A stretch of DNA of 64,000 nucleotides from Pristiophorus japonicus (lineage: Eukaryota): the NCBI RefSeq assembly GCF_044704955.1, contig NC_091995.1, positions 1,178,001-1,242,000 on the forward strand, read 5' to 3'. The translations under genes were made by a program, and so were the position numbers. The notes under the pieces were generated by a model that was given only the letters and a program-made list of their open reading frames with translations, was not told the origin of the DNA and searched no databases. How positions within the stretch are numbered: position 1 is the stretch's first letter; each line of letters starts with the position of its first letter. Positions 34,526-48,700 of the stretch are shown one piece after another.

Positions 34526-37500
34526 TATTGTGTTCCAAACACAGATGAGACTGCACACAGGGAGGTTAAAGTAACAGTGACCCAGGCTTAAATAAGACAC
34601 TCCAGAGTGAGGAACAGGCCTTAGGGGCCGGCTTATATACAGTGTTCCCAAGGGATGCTGGGATCCCTTGGGACTTCAGGGGATGCGCTCCCTGGTGGCG
34701 GAACATGGGAGTGCATGCTTTACAGATACACAACATCACTGCCCCCACCAAAGTCAAAGTGAAAACTATTTACAAGGTGAGGCGGTCGGGAGCCTTTCTT
34801 TCCCTGGTGGACCGCCTCGGTACAAATGTTTGTTCTGGTGCGTTGGCTGTGCCCTCACTGGGCTGGCGTGTTGTTGGCCCTGCAGGGCTGCTGGGTGAGC
34901 CTGGCCTTGCTGGGCTGTTGGGCGTGATGGGTTTGATTTCCTGGTCCGAGGTGGTGTCGTTGATCCTTTGGGTGTGTGTTGTGGGCTCGAAAAAGGTGGT
35001 GTCTGCTGTGGGTTGTTCAGGGCAGTCTGTGAACCGTAGCCTCGTTTGGTCCAGGTGCTCTCTGCAAATTTGTCCATTGTCTAGTTTGACTACAAACACC
35101 CTACTCCCTTCTTTAGCTATCACCGTGCCCGCGATCCACTTGGGACCATGACCATAGTTTAGCACATACACAGGGTCATTCAGATCAATTTCCCGTGACA
35201 CAGTGGTGCGACCATCATTTACGTTTTGTTGCTGCCGCCTGCTCTCTACCTGATCATACAGGTTGGGGTGAACCAGCAAGAGTCTGGTTTTAAGTGTCCT
35301 TTTCATGAGTAGCTCAGCCGGGGGCATCCCTGTGAGCAAGTGAGGTCTCGTGCGGTAGCTGAGCAGTACTCGGGACAGGCGGGTTTGGAGTGAGCCTTCT
35401 GTGACTCGTTTAAGGCTCTGTTTGATGGTTTGTACTGCCCGCTCTGCCTGCCCTTTGGAGGCTGGTTTAAACGGGGCTGAGGTGACATGTTTGATCCCAT
35501 TGCAGGTCATGAATTCTTTAAATTCGGCACTGGTGAAACATGGCCCGTTGTCACTGATCAGTATGTCAGGCAGGCCGTGGGTGGCAAACATGGCCCTCAG
35601 GCTTTCAATGGTGGTGGTGGCTGTGCTTCCCGACATTATTTCACATTCAATCCATTTTGAAAAAGCATCCACTCCCACCAAGAACATTTTACCGAGAAAC
35701 GGGCCCGCATAGTCGACATGGATCCTCGTCCATGATCTGGAGGGCCAGGACCACAAACTTAGTGGTGCCTCTCTGGACGCGTTGCTCAACTGAGCACATA
35801 CGCTGCATTGCTGTACACAGGACTCTAAGTCAGAGTCGATACCCGGCCACCACATGTGGGATCTGGCTTTTGCTTTCATTATTACTATACCAGGGTGTGT
35901 GCTGTGGAGATCCGAGATGAACATCTCCCTGCCCTTTTTTGGTAGCACTACGTGGTTACCCCACAACAGTCAGCTCGTCCTTTCGTCGCTGGAACGGCTT
36001 GATTAGCTCTTGCATTTCAACGGGGATGCTGGCCCAGCTCCCATGCAGTACACAGTTTTTTACTAGGGACAGCAGAGGATCTTGGCTGGTCCAAGTCCTA
36101 ATCTGGCAGGCCGTGACAGGTGATTTATCATTTTCAAACGCTTCCATCAACAAGTCTGCGAGCTGCGCCACCATTAACAAGTTTACAGGCTGCACCATTT
36201 CCACCCCCTTGGTGGGCTCTGTGGCGGATGGTATAGTTGTACGCTGATAGCGCGAGTGCCCACCTTTGTATGCGGGCTGAGGCATTAGTATTTATCCCCT
36301 TGTTTTCAGCGAACAGGGAATGAGGGGCTTGTGATCGGTTTCCAGCTCAAATTTGAGGCCATTGAGGGCATTTTCTTTACCCCGAACACACACGCTAATA
36401 CCTCTTTCTCAATCATGCTGTAGGCCCTCTCAGCCTTAGAGACAAGCTCTTGGAAGCATAGGCGAAAGGTTGCAACTTCCCCGCAACATTAGCTTTTGTA
36501 ATACACACCCGATTCCGTACGACGACACGTCACATGCGAACGTCACATGCGAGCACAAGTCTTTTACACGGGTTATACAATGCAAGCAGCTTGTTGGAGC
36601 ATAAAATGTTTCTGGCTTTCTCAAAAGCAATTACTTGTTTTTTTCCCCATACCCAGTTCTCACTTTTGCGCAATAACACATGTAGGGGCTCTACAAAGGT
36701 GTTTAACCCCGGTAGGAAGTTACCAAAATAGTTGAGGAGTCCCAGGAATGACCGCAGCTCCGTGACGTTCTGTGGCCTGGGCGCGTTCCTGATAGCCTCT
36801 GTCTTGGTGTCTGTGGGCCGAATGCCGACCGCCCCGATCTTTCTCCGCAAAAACTCCACTTCTGTTGCCATGAAGACGCATTTCGACCTCTTCAGCCGCA
36901 GCCCTACGCGATCCAGTCGCTGGAGGATCTCCTCCAGGTTTTGTAGGTGCTCGGCGGTGTCCCGACCCGTGACCAATATGTTGTCCTGAAAGACCATCGT
37001 GTGTGGTGCCGACTTGAGTAGGCTCTCCATGTTTCTCTGGAAGATCGCTGCAGCCGACCGAATTCCAAACGGGCATCTGTTGTAGATGAACAGTCCCTTG
37101 TGCGTGTTGATGCAGGTGAGGCCCTTCGAAGACTCCTCCAGCTCTTGCATCATGTAAGCTGAAGTCAGGTCGAGCTTGGTGAATGTCTTGCCTCCTGTCA
37201 GCGTCGCAAATAGGTCGTCTGCCTTAGGTAGCGGGTATTGGTCCTGTAGCGAGAAACGATTAATAGTTACTTTATAATCGCCACAAATACTGACCGTGCC
37301 ATCACTTTTGAGTGCTGGAACAGTTGGGCTGGCCCACTCGTTGAATTCCACTGGGGAGATGATGCCCTCGCGTTGCAGCCTGTCCAGCTCGATTTCAACT
37401 CTCTCCCTCATCATGTGAGGTACCGCTCGCGCCTTGTGGTGAATGGGTCGTGCCTCTGGGACCATGTGGATCCGCACCTTCGCCCCGGAAAAGTTTCTAA

Positions 37501-39075
37501 TGCCTGGCTCAAAAAGGGAAGGAAATTTGTTCAGAACCTGGGTACATGAGGCCTCATCGACATGTGATAGCGCTCGGATGTCATCCCAGTTCCAGCAGAT
37601 TTTACCCAGCCAGATCCTTCCAAGCAGTGTGGGGCCATCGCCCAGGACAATTCAGAGTGGCAGTCCATGCACCGTGCCCTCGTAGGTGACCTTGACCATA
37701 GCGCTGCCCAGGACAGTGATAAGCTCTTTGGTGTACGTTCTCAGTTTCGTGTGGATGGGGCTCAGGGCTGGTCTGAATGCCTTGTTGCACCACAGTCTCT
37801 CAAACATCTTTTTACTCATGATGGATTGGCTAGCACCAGTGTCCAGCTCCATGGCTACGGGTAAGCCATTCAATTTTATGTTTAGCATTATAGGTGGACA
37901 TTTTGTCGAAAATGTGTGCACCCCGTGTACTTCAGCATCTGCCTCCTCTCTCTGAGGCTGGAAATTGCCTAGATGCACCATGGACTGATCTTCCTCTGCC
38001 ACGTGGTGGTTAGCCGGTTTTGCAGAGCTTGCAGCTCGTTTGCAAGCTCGTTGGAGGTGCGCCATTGTTCCACAGCTCTTGCAAACATACCCTTTGAAGC
38101 GGCATGAATAGGCTGAATGGAAGCCTCCACAATGCCAACAAGGTGTGAATTGCCTTGCATTCATCCTTTGTTGGGGACTCTGAGTCATCTGGGTCACCTG
38201 AGGCATGCTGGCAGTTGCAGACTCGTGGTTTCTGCCCTGTACATTTCTGATCGCAAACACAGTTACAGTTAATTTATGAACATTGCTAGCACTTGTGTGC
38301 TGAGAGATTTGTTTGGTGTTATCACTGGTGGACATAAACGCCTGTGCTATCGCAATGGCCTTACTGAGGGTCGGTGTCTCTACAGTCAAAAGTTTTTGTA
38401 GGATGGTCTCGTGGCCAATGCCCAGTACAAAAAAGTCTCTGAGCATTTGCTCCAGGTAGCCATCAAACTCACATTGTCCTGCAAGTCGCCTGAACTCGGC
38501 GACGTAGCTCGCCACTTCCTGACCTTCAGATCGCTGGCACGTGTAGAACCGATATCTCGCCATCAGCACGCTCTCCCTCGGGTTAAGATGCACCCGAACC
38601 AGTGTACACAGCTCCTCATACGACTTATCTGTGGGTTTCACTGGAGCCAGAAGATTCTTCATGAGGCTATAGGTCGGTGCCCCGCAGACTGTGAGGAGGA
38701 CCGCTCTCCTTTTTGCAGCGCTTTCTTCTCCGTCCAGCTCGTTGGCTACAAAGAACAGATCTAGCCGTTTGAATTAGGCTTCCCAGTCCCCACCCTCTGA
38801 GAACTTCTCCAGGATACCCACAGTTTGCTGCATCTTTGCATTGGATTCGTATTCTCGTCGCCAATTATTGTGTTCCTAACACAGATGAGGCTGCAAACAG
38901 GGAGGTTAAAGTAACAGTGACCTAGTCTTTAATAAGACACTCCAGAGTGAGGAACAGGCCTTAGGGGCCGGCTTATATAGAGTGCTCCCAAGGGATGCTG
39001 GGATCCCTTGGTATTTCACGGGATGAGCTCCCTGGTGGCGGAACATGGGAGTGCATGCTTTACAGATACACAACA
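34526..39075 (-). mobile_element. Full-length, inactivated Ty3/Gypsy (Mag-like) LTR retrotransposon
   Basis: 210-bp LTRs at 34526-34735 and 38866-39075 (12 mismatches by eye). PBS TGGCGACGAG (tRNA-Ser(GCT)-type) next to the 5' LTR. Gag with two CCHC-type knuckles, protease LDTGA, RT with the catalytic motif mutated to FQDN, integrase HHCC and DDE. Degenerate TSD gtgac/gtaat; inserted in a CR1. Confidence 0.92.
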
Positions 39076-42000
39076 GTAATGGAGAGAGTAGACAAGGGCA
39101 ATGCAGTAGATGTAACCTATCTAGGTTTTCAAAAGGCCTTCGATAAGGTACCCCATAATAGACTGATGGACAAGGTCAGAGAATGCGGAATTAGGAGACA
39201 GGTAGCAGAATGGATAGTTAACTGGCTTCAAGACAGAAAGCAGAGCGTTGCGGGGGAGCGGGGGGGTAGGGGGCGCGCTTAAAAGGTAGCAATTCACAGT
39301 GGCAAAAGGTGGGTGGTGGTGTTCCACAAGGATCAGTGTTGTTCACAATTTATATTGACGATTTAGACTTTGGACTCAAAAACAAAATTTCTAAATTTGC
39401 AGATGACACCAAATTGGGAGGGGGGGGGCGGGATAATAGTCTTAACTGAGGAGGACTTGCAACAAATTACAGAGAACAGCGAGTCAGGATAAATGGTTCA
39501 TTCTCTGATTGGTAACCAGTAACTAGTGGGGTGCCGCAGGGATCAGCGCTGGGACCCCAACTATTTACACTCTATATTAACGACTTGGAAGAAGGGACTG
39601 AGTGCAATGTAGCCAATTTTGCTGACGATACAAAGATGGGAGGAAAAGCAATGTGTGAGGAGGACATGAAAAATCTGCAAAAGGACATAGACAGGCTAAG
39701 TGAATGGGCAAAAATTTGGCAGATGGAGTGTAATGTTGGAAAGTGAGATCATGCACTTTGGCAGAAAAAAAATCAAAGAGTAAGTTATTTAAATGGAGAA
39801 AGATGGCAAAGTGCTGCAGTACAATGGGACCTGGGGGTACTTGTGCATGAAACACAAAAGGTTAGTATGCAGGTCCAGCAAGTGATCAGGAAGGCCAATG
39901 GAATCTTGGCCTTTATTGCAAAGGGGTTGATTCCAGAGATGAGGTGGTTGACTTATGAAGAAAGGTTGAGTAGATTGGGCCTCTACTCATTGGAAGTCAG
40001 AAGAATGAGAGGTGATCTTATCAAAACGTATAAGATTATGAGGGGGCTTGACAAGGTGGATGCAGAGAGGATGTTTCCACTGATGGGGGAGACTAGAACT
40101 AGGGAACATGATCTTAGACTAAGGGGCCGCTCATTTAAAACTGAGATGAGGAGAAATTTCTTCTCTCAGAGGGTTGTAAATCTGTGGAATTCACTGCCCC
40201 AGAGAGCTGTGGAAGCTGGGACATTGAATAAATTTAAGACGGAGATAGAGAGTTTCTTAACCGATAAGGGACTAAGGGGTTGTGGGGAGTGGGCAGGGAA
40301 GTGGAGCTGAGTCCATGATCGGATCAGCCATGATCATATTAAATGGCGGAGCAGGCTCGAGGGGCCGTATGGCCGACTCCTGCTCCTATTTCTTATGGTC
40401 TTATATTCTTATTAATAAACTTGCAGAATGATCATATAATTGGCAAATGAAGTTCAACACAGATAAATGTGAGGTATTACATTTTGGTTGGAAGAATAGG
40501 GAGGTCACTTATTACTTGGTGGGAGCGTGTCTAGGTGGGGTGGAGGAACCCTCTTCTTCTTAGGCAATCCAGGATGATTTAGAGGTAGAGAAACAAAGGG
40601 ATCTCGCAGTACAAATACACAACTCACCAGAAGTTGCGTCACTGGTTAGCAAGGCCATAAAAAAAAAGCAAACCAAGATCTCGGGTTTATTTCTGGAGGG
40701 ATAGAATTGAAAAGTAGAACCGTTATGCTAAACCTGGATCAGACCTTGGTTAGACCACACTTGGAGCACTACGCACAGTTCTGGTCGCCATATTATAAAA
40801 AGGATATAGAGGCACTGGAGAGGGGGCAGAGAAGATTTACAAGGATGATACCAGAAATGCGAGGGTGTACCTATCAGGGAAGGATGAACAGGCTGGGTCT
40901 CGTTTCTCTTGAAAAAAGAAGGATGAGGGGTGACCTAATAGAGGTCTTTAAAATTATGAAAATTTTTGATGGAGTGGATGCAGAGAGAGTGTTTCCACTT
41001 GTGGGGAAGAGCATAACTAGAGGCTATCAATATAAGATAGTCAGCAAGAAATCCAATCGGGAATTCAGAAGAAACGTCTTTACCCAGAAAGTGGTGAGAA
41101 TGTGGAACTCGCTGCCACAGGGAGTGGTTGAAGCGAATAGTATCGATGCGTTTCCGGGGAGACTAGACAAGTATATGAGGGAGAATGGAATAGAGAGTTA
41201 CGCTGACTGATTTAGATGAGGAAAGATGGGAAGGCTTGAGTGGAGCATAAACACCGGCATGGACTGGTTGGGGCGAATGGCCGGTTTCTGTGTCACGTAT
41301 CTGATGTAATCCTGTGTAATTATCACAGTGCTGTTTGTGGGAGCTTGCTGTGCGCAAACTGGCTGCCGCGTTTCTCACATTACAACAATGACTACACTTC
41401 ACAAAGTGCTTCCTTGGCTGTAAAACGCTTTGGGAGGTCCGGTGGTCGTGAAAGGCGCTATATAAATCCAAGTCTTTCTTTCTTTCAATTGGCCGCTGCT
41501 TCCCAGGTGTAAGGATGAAATTAACAATAATCAGTCAGTGTTCAGGAAAAATAATAAAGCAAATTATTATTTAAATGGAGACTACAGAATGCTGCAGTAC
41601 AGCGGGACCTGGGGGTACTTGTGCATGAAACACAAAAAGTTAGTATGCAGGTACAGCAAGTGATCAGGAAGGCCAATGTTGGTCTTTATTGCAAGGGGGA
41701 TGGAGTATAAAAGCAGGGAAGTCCTGCTACAGTTGTACAGGGTATTGGTGAGGCCACACCTGGAATACTGCGTGCAGTTTTGGTTCCTTATTTAAGGAAG
41801 GATATACTTGCATTGAAGGCATTTCAGAGAAGGTTCACTCGGTTGATTCCTGAGATGAAGGGGTTGGCTTATGAAGAAAATTTGAGCAGGTTGGGCCTCT
41901 ACTCATTGGAGTTTAGAACAATGAGAGGCGATCTTATTGAAACATACAAGATACTGAAGGGGCTTGACCATGTCGATGCAGAGAGGATGTTCCCCTCGTG

Positions 42001-42320
42001 GAGGAATCTAGAACTAGGGGGCATAGTTTCAAAATAAGGGGCCACCCATTTAGAATGGAAATGAGGAGGAATTTTTTCTCTCCGAGGGTTGTAAATCTGT
42101 GGAATTCTATGCCCCAGAGAGCTGTGGGGGCTGGGTCATTGAATAAATTTAAGGTGGAGATAGACAGATTTTTGAGTGATAAGGGAATAAAGGGTTATGG
42201 GGAGCGGGCAGGGAAGTGGAGCTGAGTCCATGATCGGATCAGCCATGGTCGTATTGAATGGCAGAACAGGCTCGAGGGGCCGTATGGCCGACTCCTGCTA
42301 CTATTTCTTATGTTCTTATG
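39076..42320 (+). mobile_element. Nested CR1 copies downstream of the SOUL-like stop codon
   Basis: ORFs 39531-40310, 40707-41210 and 41780-42225. Confidence 0.85.
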
Positions 42321-42641
42321 TTCGCACTCCCGATCACTGTCCCAGAAATCACTGTCCCAGGAAGGGTGAGTGCACGTAATTCAGTGATCGGGGCGTGTGG
42401 ATGTCCTCTTCGCACTCGAATCGGCTGCTCACTGAGTACTGACCACTGGGAGGAGGTACAGAGAGTCAGAGGGGGGAAACCAGGGGGAAGGAGTGAAACA
42501 GATCCAGCAGTGAGGAGGACAGGAGAGGGGAGGCGAGTTGAGCGAGGCAGCGAGAGATCGGGCGGGTAACTGTTGGTGTTTCGTGCCCTCCCGATCAGTC
42601 GGCTGGTGGTGTGCTGCAGGATGTGATGGGGCTCGGCGGCA

Positions 42642-42741
42642 TCACACCAACAAGTATGGCCTCCTGTACCTGCTGCTACACTTGGGTGTTCCCCGGGCCA
42701 GGTACCACACCTCGGTGTGTCGATTGAGGAATGTCAGCGGG
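42642..42741 (-). CDS. SOUL-like last coding exon (SPLTFLNRHTEVWYLARGTPKCSSRYRRPYLLV-stop)
   Basis: ttgttccctccgcag| acceptor, TGA stop, and the C-terminal NRH.EVW SOUL signature. Confidence 0.9.
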
Positions 42742-45700
42742 CTGCGGAGGGAACAACAGCAAAAGTGACAAATTACTCAGCACAAAACCCTCGCCATTTG
42801 CTCAACAGCTTCCTCAACAAACTGTGTTCATGCACCTCGGCCCCAAGCAGCGGAAGGGGCAAAGGGAGTAATGGGATTAAACAGTGTTCCCCATTCACCC
42901 ACCTCCATCCCCTGTCCCCCCGTTACCCCTCACCGGCCCCCCGTTACACCTCCCTCCGTCCCCGTTACCCCTGCCCGTCCCCGTTACCCCTCCCCCGTCC
43001 CCGTTACCCCTGCCCGTCCCCGTTACCCCTCCCCCGTCCCCGTTACCCCTCCCCGTCCCTGTCCCCCCGTTACACCTCCCCAGCCCCCCGTTACACCTCC
43101 CCATCCCCGTTACCCCTCCCCCTGTCCCCATTACCCCTGCCCGTCCCCGTTACCCCTCCCCCGTCCCTGTCCCCCCGCTACACCTCCCCAGCCCCCCGTT
43201 ACACCTCCCCGTCCCCATTACCCCTCCCCCTGTCCCCATTACCCCTGCCCGTCCCCGTTACCCCTCCCCCGTCCCTGTCCCCCCGCTACACCTCCCCAGC
43301 CCCCCGTTACACCTCCCCGTCCCCGTTACCCCTCCCCCTGTCCCCATTACCCCTGCCCGTCCCCGTTACCCCTCCCCCGTCCCTGTCCCACCGTTACCCC
43401 TCCCCCGCCCCCATTACCACTCCCCGTCCCTGTCCCACCATTACCCCTCCCCCGCCCCCGTTACCCCTCCCCCGTCCCTGTCCCACCGTTACCCCTCCAC
43501 GGCCCCCCGTTACCCCTCCCCATTACCCCTCCCCCTGGCCCCGTTACCCCTCCCCACCCCTGTCCCCCCGTTACCTCTCTCCCGCCCCTGTCCCACCGTT
43601 ACCCCACCCCCGCCCCCGATACCCCGCCCCGTCCCCGTTACCCTTCCCCCATCCCCGTTACCCCTCCCCGTCCCCGTTACAGATCCCCGTTACCACGCCC
43701 CGTCCCCGTTACCCTTCCCCCGTCCCCGTTACCCTTCCCCCGTCCCCGTTACCCCGTCCCCATTACCCCTCCCCTGTCCGCGTTACCCCTCCCCCATCCC
43801 CATTACCCCTCCCCGTCCCTGTCCCCCGGTTACCCCCTCCCTGTCTCCGTTACCCCTCCCTGTCCCTGTCCCCCCGTTACCCCTCCCTGTCCCCGTTTAA
43901 CTAATTTACTGGAATTCTTTGAGGATATAACGAGCATGGTGGATAGAGGTGTACCGATAGATGTGGTGTATTTAGATTTCCAAAAGGCATTCGATAAGGT
44001 GCCACACAAAAGGTTACTGCAGAAGATAAAGGTACGCGGAGTCAGAGGAAATGTATTAGCATGGATAGAGAATTGGCTGGCGAACAGAAAGCAGAGAGTC
44101 GTGATAAATGGGTCCTTTTCGGGTTGGAAATCAGTGGTTAGTGGTGTGCCACAGGGATCAGTGCTGGGATCACAACTGTTTACAATATACATAGATGACC
44201 TGGAAGAGGGGACAGAGTGCAGTGTAACAAAATTTGCAGATGACACAAAGCTTAGTGGGAAAGTGCGTTGTGTAGAGGACACAGAGAGGCTGCAAAGAGA
44301 TTTAGATAGGTTAAGCGAATGGGCTAAGGTTTGGCAGATGGAATACAATGTCGGAAAGTGTGAGGTCATCCACCTTGGGAAAAAAAACAGTAAAAGGGAA
44401 TATTATTTGAATGAGGAGAAATTACAACATGCTGCGGTGCAGAGGGACCTGGGGGTACTTGTGCATGAATCCCAAAAAGTTAGTTTGCAGGTGCAGCAGG
44501 TAATCAGGAAGGCGAATGGAATGTTGGCCTTCATTGCGAGAGGGATGGAGTACAAAAGCAGGGAGGTCCTGCTGCAACTGTACAGGGTATTGGTGAGGCC
44601 GCACCTGGAGTACTGCGTGCAGTTTTGGTCACCTTACTTATGGAAGGATATACTGGCTTTGGAGGGGGTACAGAGACGATTCACTAGGCTGATTCCGGAG
44701 ATGAAGAGGTTACCTTATGATGATAGATTGAGTAGACTGGGTCTTTACTCATTGGAGTTCAGAAGGATGAGGGGTGATCTTATAGAAACATTTAAAATAA
44801 TGAAAGGGATAGACAAGATAGAGGCGGAGAGGTTGTTTCCACTGGTCGGGGAGACTAGAACTAGGGGGCACAGCCTCAAAATACGGGGGAGCCAATTTAA
44901 AACCGAGTTGAGAAGGAATTTCTTCTCCCAGAGGGTTGTGAATCTGTGGAATTCTCTGCCCAAGGAAGCAGTTGAGGCTAGCTCATTGAATGTATTCAAA
45001 TCACAGATAGATAAATTTTTATCCAATAAGGTAATTAAGGGTTACGGGGAGCGGGCGGGTAAGTGGAGCTGAGTCCACGCCCAGATCAACCATGATCTTG
45101 TTGAATGGCGGAGCAGGCTCGAGGGGCTAGATGGCCTACTCCTGTTCCTAATTCTTATGTTCTTATGTTCTTACTCCCTCCCCTGTCCCTGTCCCCCGTT
45201 ACCCCTCCCTGTCCCCGTTACCCCCTCCCCCGTCCACCCTCCCCTGTTCCCCCATTACCCCCCCGCCCCCGTTAACCCCTCCCCCATCCCCGTTACCCCC
45301 TCCCCGTTCCCCATTACCCCCTCCCCGTTCCCCCATTACCCCCTCCCCATCCCCCATTACCCCCTCCCCAATCTCCCATTACCCCTCCCCATTCCCCCAT
45401 TACCCCTCCGCCTCGCCCCATTACCCCCTTCCCCATTACCCCTCCCCGCCCCCCCATTACCCCTTCCCCATTCCCCCATTACCCCTCCCCATTCCCCCAT
45501 TACCTCCTCCTCCTGCCCCCGTTCCCCCTCTCCCGTTCCACATTCCCCCATTTTTCCCTCCCTGTTCCCCCTCCCCCCGTTCCCTCGTCCCCCCGTTCCC
45601 CATTTCCCCCTCCCCGTTCTCCCGTTACCCCCTCCCCGTTCCCTGTTACCCTTCCCCCATTCCCCTCCTCGCCCCACCGTTACCCCTCCCCCATCCCTAT

Positions 45701-48700
45701 TACCCCTCCCCGCCCCGGTTACCCCCTCCCCCATTCCCCTCCCCGTTCCCACTTTACCCCTCCCTGTCCCCCGTTACCCCTCCCTCGTTCCCCCGTTACC
45801 CCCTCCCCCATTCCCCCATTACACCTCCCCGCCCCCGCCCCGTCCCCCCGCCCCGTCCCCCGTTACCCCCTCCCTGCCCCCTCCCCGTTACCTCCTCCCC
45901 CGCTCCCCCACTACCCCTTCCCCGTCCCCCCATTACCCCCTCCCCCGTTTCCCCACCCCATTCCCCCATTCACCCCTCCGCTGTTCCTCCTGCCTCCGTT
46001 CCCCCATCTCCCGTTCCCTGTTCCCCCATTTTCACCTCCCCGTTCCCCCTCCCCGTTCCCTCGCCCGCCCGTTCCCCCTCTCACATTCTCCATTCCCCAT
46101 TACCCCCTCCCCATTCGCCCATTACCCCATTACCCCATTCCCAATTCCCCTCCTCGCCCCCCCGTTTCCCCCTCCCCGCCCCCCTCCCCCTGTTCTCCCG
46201 TCCCCCCTCCCCCGGTTCCCCGTTCCCCCCTCCAGTTACCCCATCCCTGTTCTCCCCTCCCCCTTTCCCCCTCCCCTGTTCCCTCCCTCCTGTCACCCGT
46301 CCCCCCTCCCCATTCCCCCGTCCCCTCTCCCCCGTTTCCCTCCTCCCCATTCCCCATTCCCTCTCCCCTCCCCCATTCCCCCTCCCCCTCGCCGCCGTTA
46401 CTCCCTCCCCTGTTACCCCTCCCCAGGTTCCCCTTTCCCATCCCCATTCCCCCATAACCCCTTTCCCCCATTGCCCCCTCCCTGTTTCCCCTCCCCATTC
46501 CCCCCTCCCCTGTCCCCCTGTTCCCTCCTCCCCCGCTCCCTCCTCCCCGTTCCCTCCTCCCCTATCCCCCTGCTACCCCCTCCCCCGATCTCCCCGTCCC
46601 CCTGTTCCTCCCTCCCCATTTCCCATTCCCCCATCTCCTGTCCCCCAGTTCCCCCCGTTCCCTCCGCCCCTGCTTCCCCGCTCCCCCGTTCCCCCTGCCC
46701 CGCACCCCCTCCCTTGCACACCCGCTCCCCCTTCCCCGCTCCCCCCTTACCCCGTCCGCTCCCCCGTTCCCCCTTTCCCCCTCCCCGCTCCCCCGTTCCC
46801 CCTGCCCCGCACCCCCTCCCCTGCACACCTGCTCCCCCTTCCCCGCTCCCCCCTTACCCCGTCCACTCCCCGTTCCCCCTTTCCCCCCTCCCCCGCTCCC
46901 CCCTTGCCCCCCAACTCCCCCGGCATGATCCCTACCTGTTATAACGCGCCGTGTAGAAACGATCCCACTGGAACTGCTCCCCTTCCCGAAGCAGGCTTTC
47001 GTACAGCTTCTCTGAGATCCGCCGTTGATTGAAGAACCAGCCCTCGTACGATTTCACAAACATCGCCATTGGGGGGAATCGCTTCAGGAACACCTACAAT
47101 GGAAAGGAAAGGTTAGTATCACGCTGGGTGTGCCCCGGGGTTGCACCTGTCACTGGCCCCCTGACCCCCGCTCCCAGCACTGACAGACAAGTGACGTTGC
47201 CCTGGGTGATTGAAGACGCAATCGGCTGCTGAGCAGGACGAGTTTCCTGGCGTGTCGGGGAGCAGGGGGCGATGAGGCAGCGGGGAGGTGGAGGTAGGCT
47301 GAGAGAGGCCACAAATTTCAAAATTAACAGGGACCCCTGCATCCACCAACTCCCCCCCCCCCCCCACCCGTCGGAGTACGCTGTCGTTCACACCCCTACC
47401 CCAGGCCCCGCAAGGGGTCCCCGAGCCTCCACAAGCCCCAGGCCTCAGCCTCTCCCCACTGGCATCCACTGCCAAAGCCCTTGTCTGGTGCTGAGGTTAA
47501 GCCCAAGGTCCATTGCCTCGGGTCCAACATCCCACTCACGTCAGTCCTTCATATTTCTGCCTGGCCGGGAGAAGGTGCCTGGGAGTTCAAATGGCTCGGG
47601 CCTGATGCTGGGGAAAATCTGCAAAATGAAATAGACAGGCTAAATGAGGTGTCAAAGATTTGGCAGATGGGAGTATAATGTTGGAAAGTGTGAGGTTATG
47701 CACTTTGGCAGAAAAAAATCAAAGAACAAGTTATTATTTAGATGGAGAAAGATTGCAAAGTGCTGCAGTACAGCGGGACCTGGGGGTACTTGTGCATGAA
47801 ACACAAAAGGTTAGTATGCAGGTACAGCAAGTGATCAGGAAGGCCAATGGAATCTTGGCCTTTATTGCAAAGGGGATGGAGTATAAAAGCAGGGAAGTCT
47901 TGCTACAGTTATACAGGGTATTGGTGAGGCCACACCTGGAATACTGCGTGCAGTTTTGGTTTCCATATTTACAAATGTATATACTTGCTTTGGAGACAGT
48001 TCAGAGAAGGTTCACTCGGTTGATTCCAGGGATGAGGGAGTTGACTTATGAGGAAAGGTTGAGTAGGTTGGGCCTCTACTTATTGGAATTCAGAAGAAAG
48101 AGAGGTGATCTTATCGAAACGTATAAGATTATGAGGGGGCTTGACAAGGTGGATGCAGAGAGGATGTTTCCACTGATGGGGGAGACTAGAACTAGGGGGC
48201 ATGGTCTTAGAATAAGGGGCCGCCCATTTAAAACTGAGATGAGGAGGAATTTCTTCTCTCTGAGGGTTGTAAATCTGTGGAATTCGCTGCCTCAGAGAGC
48301 TGTGGAAGCCGGGACATTGAGTATATTTAAGACAGAAATAGACAGTTTCTTAACCGATAAGGGAATAAGGGGTTATGGGGAGCGGGCAGGGAAGTGGAGC
48401 TGAGCCCATGATCAGATCAGCCATGATCGTATTAAATGACGGAGCAGGCTCGAGGGGCTGTATGGCCTACTCCTGCTCCTATTTCTGATGTCCTTATGTG
48501 ATGTTTTGCTGCGGAGATCGGTCACAATGGGGACGGTGACTACACCCGAGGGGCAAAGACACGGCGATGACAGCAACTGAGGTGCGGAAGTTGGGGTGGG
48601 TGGGGGGGTGGCGGAGTCACCGCCACGGTGATGTCATCACGGCGCCGTGTCACCTCGGCTCTTCCCTTCACTTAAAAGGGCGCGCCCCTGCGATTTTTAA

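Noticed and set aside
42871-45072. 733-aa ORF appearing to be a proline-rich/reverse-transcriptase fusion protein
   Set aside because: The N-terminal half is a stop-free C-rich minisatellite read in frame into a 5'-truncated CR1. It lies antisense inside a SOUL intron and has no sign of being a host gene.
45157-46944. 595-aa Pro-rich ORF and opposite-strand Gly-rich ORFs (extensin- or collagen-like)
   Set aside because: Artefacts of low-complexity C/G repeats.
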